This document shows, piece by piece, positions 23,821-27,282 of a stretch of DNA of 27,282 nt. Below the pieces are notes generated by a model, which ran no database searches, was not told the origin of the DNA, and saw only the letters and a list, made by a program, of their open reading frames with translations. The position numbers and the translations under genes are program-made. Within the stretch, counting starts at the first letter, position 1; the number at the start of each line of letters is the position of its first letter. This stretch comes from Utricularia gibba. Lineage: Eukaryota; Plantae; Magnoliophyta. Location of the stretch: the NCBI GenBank assembly GCA_002189035.1, contig NEEC01000215.1, forward strand, positions 1 to 27,282, read 5' to 3'.

Positions 23821-24069
23821 CATTGTAGAAAGCTCATCACGCCACGCACACCACCCTGGAGAGGTTTCAACAGCTGTTATGAACTCACAACCCCTTGCTC
23901 AGCAGATTCAGTAAAATTCTCTAACACTTGGGCTTCCAACGGATCATATCCCATATTCATTCATACGAAATTGTGCAAGAATAATGTGACTTTGAGTTTG
24001 AACTAGATAGTAGGACGCTGATCGAAGAATGGCCCATCGAGTCTCTAAAATTGGCCGTCCTCGCTCAAC
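23821..24069 (-). pseudogene. PIF/Harbinger-type transposase fragment, copy 11
   Basis: Same sequence and lesions as 2841-3088. Confidence 0.8.
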
Positions 24070-25233
24070 AAATGTGGGGTGCACGTGACATCCCAATTTC
24101 AACAAATGCATCATGATTTTCGTCGAGTGGGCCCATGAGCCCGTCCGAACCCGGGGCCCGGGCCAAGGCCCCTCGAGAGCGCCCGCCTCAATACGAGGAG
24201 GTGTTCCTTCAAAAACCATATACGCGTCTCGTCACAACCCAACGTTAATAAATGCATCACTTTTTTTGGCGCGCTACTGCTGACTTTGGGCCTGAGTTCG
24301 GCACGACCTCCGGCTCGATCAGGGTGCCCCACCGAGAGCTCCTCCTTAAGTATAAAGTGTGTTGTTGAAAAAAACGTGTGCGGTTCTCGTGACATCCTAA
24401 CTTCAACAAATGCATCACGATTTTCGTCGAGTCGGACGGGACCGGGCTCCCGGGGCCCGGACGAGGCGCAGCGCCCGCTCCCCTCCCCCCCAAAACTAGA
24501 AGGTGTTCCATGGAAAACCATTTAGGCGGCTCGTGACAACCCAAAGTTAATAAATGCATCACTTTCTTTGCCGGGCTACAATGACTTTACGCTCGAGCCT
24601 GGTACGACGTATGGGAAGATTCGAGTGCCCCCCGAGAGCGTCTCCACAAGTATAAAGCGTGTTGTTGAAAAAACCGTGTTGGGTGCACGTGACATCCTAA
24701 TTTCAACAAATGTGTCACGATTTTCGCCGAGTGGGACCAGAGTGGGCTCATCAGCCAGACCGAACCCGGGGCCCAAGCCAAGGGCCCCTCGAGAGCGCCC
24801 CCCACAAAACTAGATGGTGTTCCACGAAAAAAAATTAGGCGGCTCGTGATAACCCAACGCTAAGAAATGCATCCCTTTTTTTCGCCGGGCTAAAACTGAC
24901 TTTGGGCTCATGCCCGGCGCGACCCCCAGCCCGTGTGCATACGCAGCAGCACCACGAGGCCACATGGGCTTGGTTAATGCCCCGCGTGCTCGAGCAGCAG
25001 CCACAAGGCCATACGGCCGTGGAAAAAAGAAAAACAACCATAAATACAATAAGCCAAAAAAAATAAAATTGATAAACCCTTGGTTCGGTTCGGGCCCAAT
25101 CAAAACCCGTAGGGTTTAACCCGTTCGGGTTGAACAGAAAGACAACCCCATGGGTCATGCAAACTGTAATACCCAGAATTTCATCGGGTTGGGTCCGAAC
25201 CTGAATGGATCCAACCCAGGCCCATCTCTAATC

Positions 25234-26130
25234 ATAATCATATGATATAGGTTTATTAAATTATAAATAATTGAAATACATTATTTATTAAACCGTAGGA
25301 TAACTGTGAAAGCTTCTTTGACTTAATTATTACCATTTGATCCTCAGTTGTACTTTGGATGGAGTGTGTATTTTTACTTTAGTCAATTTAATTAGCATTC
25401 GATCCTTGGTTATGATTCAGATCATATTTGCTATTTTTTTACTTTAAATATTTTTATATCATTCGATCCTTAAGTATAATGCGGATCGAGCGCGTATTTT
25501 TTATTTTAATATTTTTTATTAGCATTCGAACGTTAGGTATGCTGCGGATCGAGCGTATATTTTTCACTCTCATATTTTTATTAGCCTTAGATCCTTAGGT
25601 ATACTTTGGATCGAGTGCATATTCATTTATTTTAAATCTTAATTAGCGTTCCACCGTTAGGAGCAATTTAGAACGTGTATACATTACAATGCCATGCCAC
25701 ACGGGCGTGGTTTACGCACAACCCACGCCCGTGTGCCCTTGCAATGTAAACACGCTCCACATTGCTCCTAAGGATCGAGCGTTAACACAAGTTTCAAGTA
25801 AACCATCTCCACTCGATCCGAATCATGTCTAAAGACCGAAAGCCAATAAAAATATTAAAATAAAAAATATACGCTCGATCCGCATCATATCTTAGAATCG
25901 AATGCAAATAGAATCGTTCAAATAAAAATATACACTCGATTGGAATCTTAACCAAGGATCGAATGCTAATTAAAATGATTAAAATAAAAATGCACACTCC
26001 ATCCAAAGTATAACTAAGGGTCGAATGCTAATAAAATTAAAAACTAAGAAACTTTCACATGTAGTATATGCTTTAATAACTAACGTATTTACATTATTTA
26101 TATTTTAATAAACATATATCACATGATTAT
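25234..26130. mobile_element. Foldback/MITE-like inverted-repeat element, copy 12
   Basis: Same ends and arms as 1927-2823. Confidence 0.75.
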
Positions 26131-26146
26131 AAAATATTTTTTTTGT

Positions 26147-26394
26147 CATTGTAGAAAGCTCATCACGCCACGCACACCACCCTGGAGAGGTTTCAACAGC
26201 TGTTATGAACTCACACCCCTTGCTCAGCAGATTCAGTAAAATTCTCTAACACTTGGGCTTCCAACGGATCATATCCCATATTCATTCATACGAAATTGTG
26301 CAAGAATAATGTGACTTTGAGTTTGAACTAGATAGTAGGACGCTGATCGAAGAATGGCCCATCGAGTCTCTAAAATTGGCCGTCCTCGCTCAAC
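26147..26394 (-). pseudogene. PIF/Harbinger-type transposase fragment, copy 12
   Basis: Same sequence and lesions as 2841-3088. Confidence 0.8.
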
Positions 26395-27282
26395 AAATGT
26401 GGGGTGCACGTGACATCCCAATTTCAACAAATGCATCATGATTTTCGTCGAGTGGGCCCATGAGCCCGTCCGAACCCGGGGCCCGGGCCAAGGGCCCCTC
26501 GAGAGCGCCCGCCTCAATACGAGGAGGTGTTCCTTCAAAAACCATATACGCGTCTCGTCACAACCCAACGTTAATAAATGCATCACTTTTTTTGGCGCGC
26601 TACTGCTGACTTTGGGCCTGAGTTCGGCACGACCTCCGGCTCGATCAGGGTGCCCCACCGAGAGCTCCTCCTTAAGTATAAAGTGTGTTGTTGAAAAAAA
26701 CCGTGTGCGGTTCTCGTGACATCCTAACTTCAACAAATGCATCACGATTTTCGTCGAGTCGGACGGGACCGGGCTCCCGGGGCCCGGACGAGGCGCAGCG
26801 CCCGCTCCCCTCCCCCCCAAAACTAGAAGGTGTTCCATGGAAAACCATTTAGGCGGCTCGTGACAACCCAAAGTTAATAAATGCATCACTTTCTTTGCCG
26901 GGCTACAATGACTTTACGCTCGAGCCTGGTACGACGTATGGGAAGATTCGAGTGCCCCCGAGAGCGTCTCCACAAGTATAAAGCGTGTTGTTGAAAAAAC
27001 CGTGTTGGGTGCACGTGACATCCTAATTTCAACAAATGTGTCACGATTTTCGCCGAGTGGGACCAGAGTGGCTCATCAGCCAGACCGAACCCGGGCCCAA
27101 GCCAAGGCCCCTCGAGAGCGCCCCCCCCACAAAACTAGATGGTGTTCCACGAAAAAAAATTAGGGGCTCGTGATAACCCAACGCTAAGAAATGCATCCCT
27201 TTTTTCGCCGGCTAAAACTGACTTTGGGCTCATGCCCGGCGCGACCCCCAGCCCGTGTGCATACGCAGCAGCACCACGAGGC

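Larger units (their letters stand above)
1..27282. repeat. Tandem macrosatellite array, ~2,331-bp monomer, ~11.7 head-to-tail copies, partial at both window ends
   Basis: Anchor CCATCTCTA ends at 1923, 4249, 6582, 8911, 11241, 13573, 15907, 18239, 20569, 22901, 25230 (spacings 2326-2334). The ORF track recurs with the same period. Confidence 0.99.

Noticed and set aside
703-26889. All ORFs in the six-frame track as real genes, including the longest (7624..8199, 12284..12862, 26269..26889)
   Set aside because: Their starts, stops and lengths change between copies with homopolymer indels. Their internal repeats (HLLKLGCH/HLLTLGC) simply mirror the DNA subrepeats. Only the RWAILRSASYY segment resembles a known protein, and it belongs to a broken transposase.
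1-27282. 5S or 45S rRNA gene array
   Set aside because: A tandem array suggests rDNA, but I found no 5S coding sequence (GGATGCGATCATACCAGCAC.. or AGTACTAGGATGGG) and no 18S, 5.8S or 25S motifs on either strand.
1-27282. Geminivirus/CRESS virus or satellite concatemer
   Set aside because: The unit size is similar, but there is no Rep or capsid ORF and no TAATATTAC/TAGTATTAC nonanucleotide in the hairpin loop. The content looks like nuclear transposon remnants.

Overview
The whole window is one head-to-tail tandem array of a ~2,331-bp monomer, about 11.7 near-identical copies. An anchor motif (CCATCTCTA) ends at 1923, 4249, 6582, 8911, 11241, 13573, 15907, 18239, 20569, 22901 and 25230. I find no intact protein-coding gene, tRNA, rRNA or CRISPR array. 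The monomer is a mosaic that looks plant-nuclear, in this + strand order: (1) a ~900-bp AT-rich foldback (long imperfect inverted repeat) built from ~62-bp subrepeats around a GC hairpin; (2) a ~250-bp frameshifted C-terminal fragment of a PIF/Harbinger-type DDE transposase on the - strand (RWAILRSASYY / LHNF / DPLE / W..WRDEL motifs); (3) a ~950-bp GC/CpG-rich block of nested ~150/~300-bp subrepeats, possibly related to an rDNA intergenic spacer; (4) a short A-rich linker; (5) a single hAT-like transposon terminus (TAGAGATGG on the - strand, with AACCCG/CCGAA-type subterminal motifs). Copies differ almost only in homopolymer length. This fits a very recently amplified transposon-derived macrosatellite, or a rolling-circle concatemer of a 2.33-kb circle read by long-read sequencing. 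All family assignments come from my own motif recognition, not from database searches.
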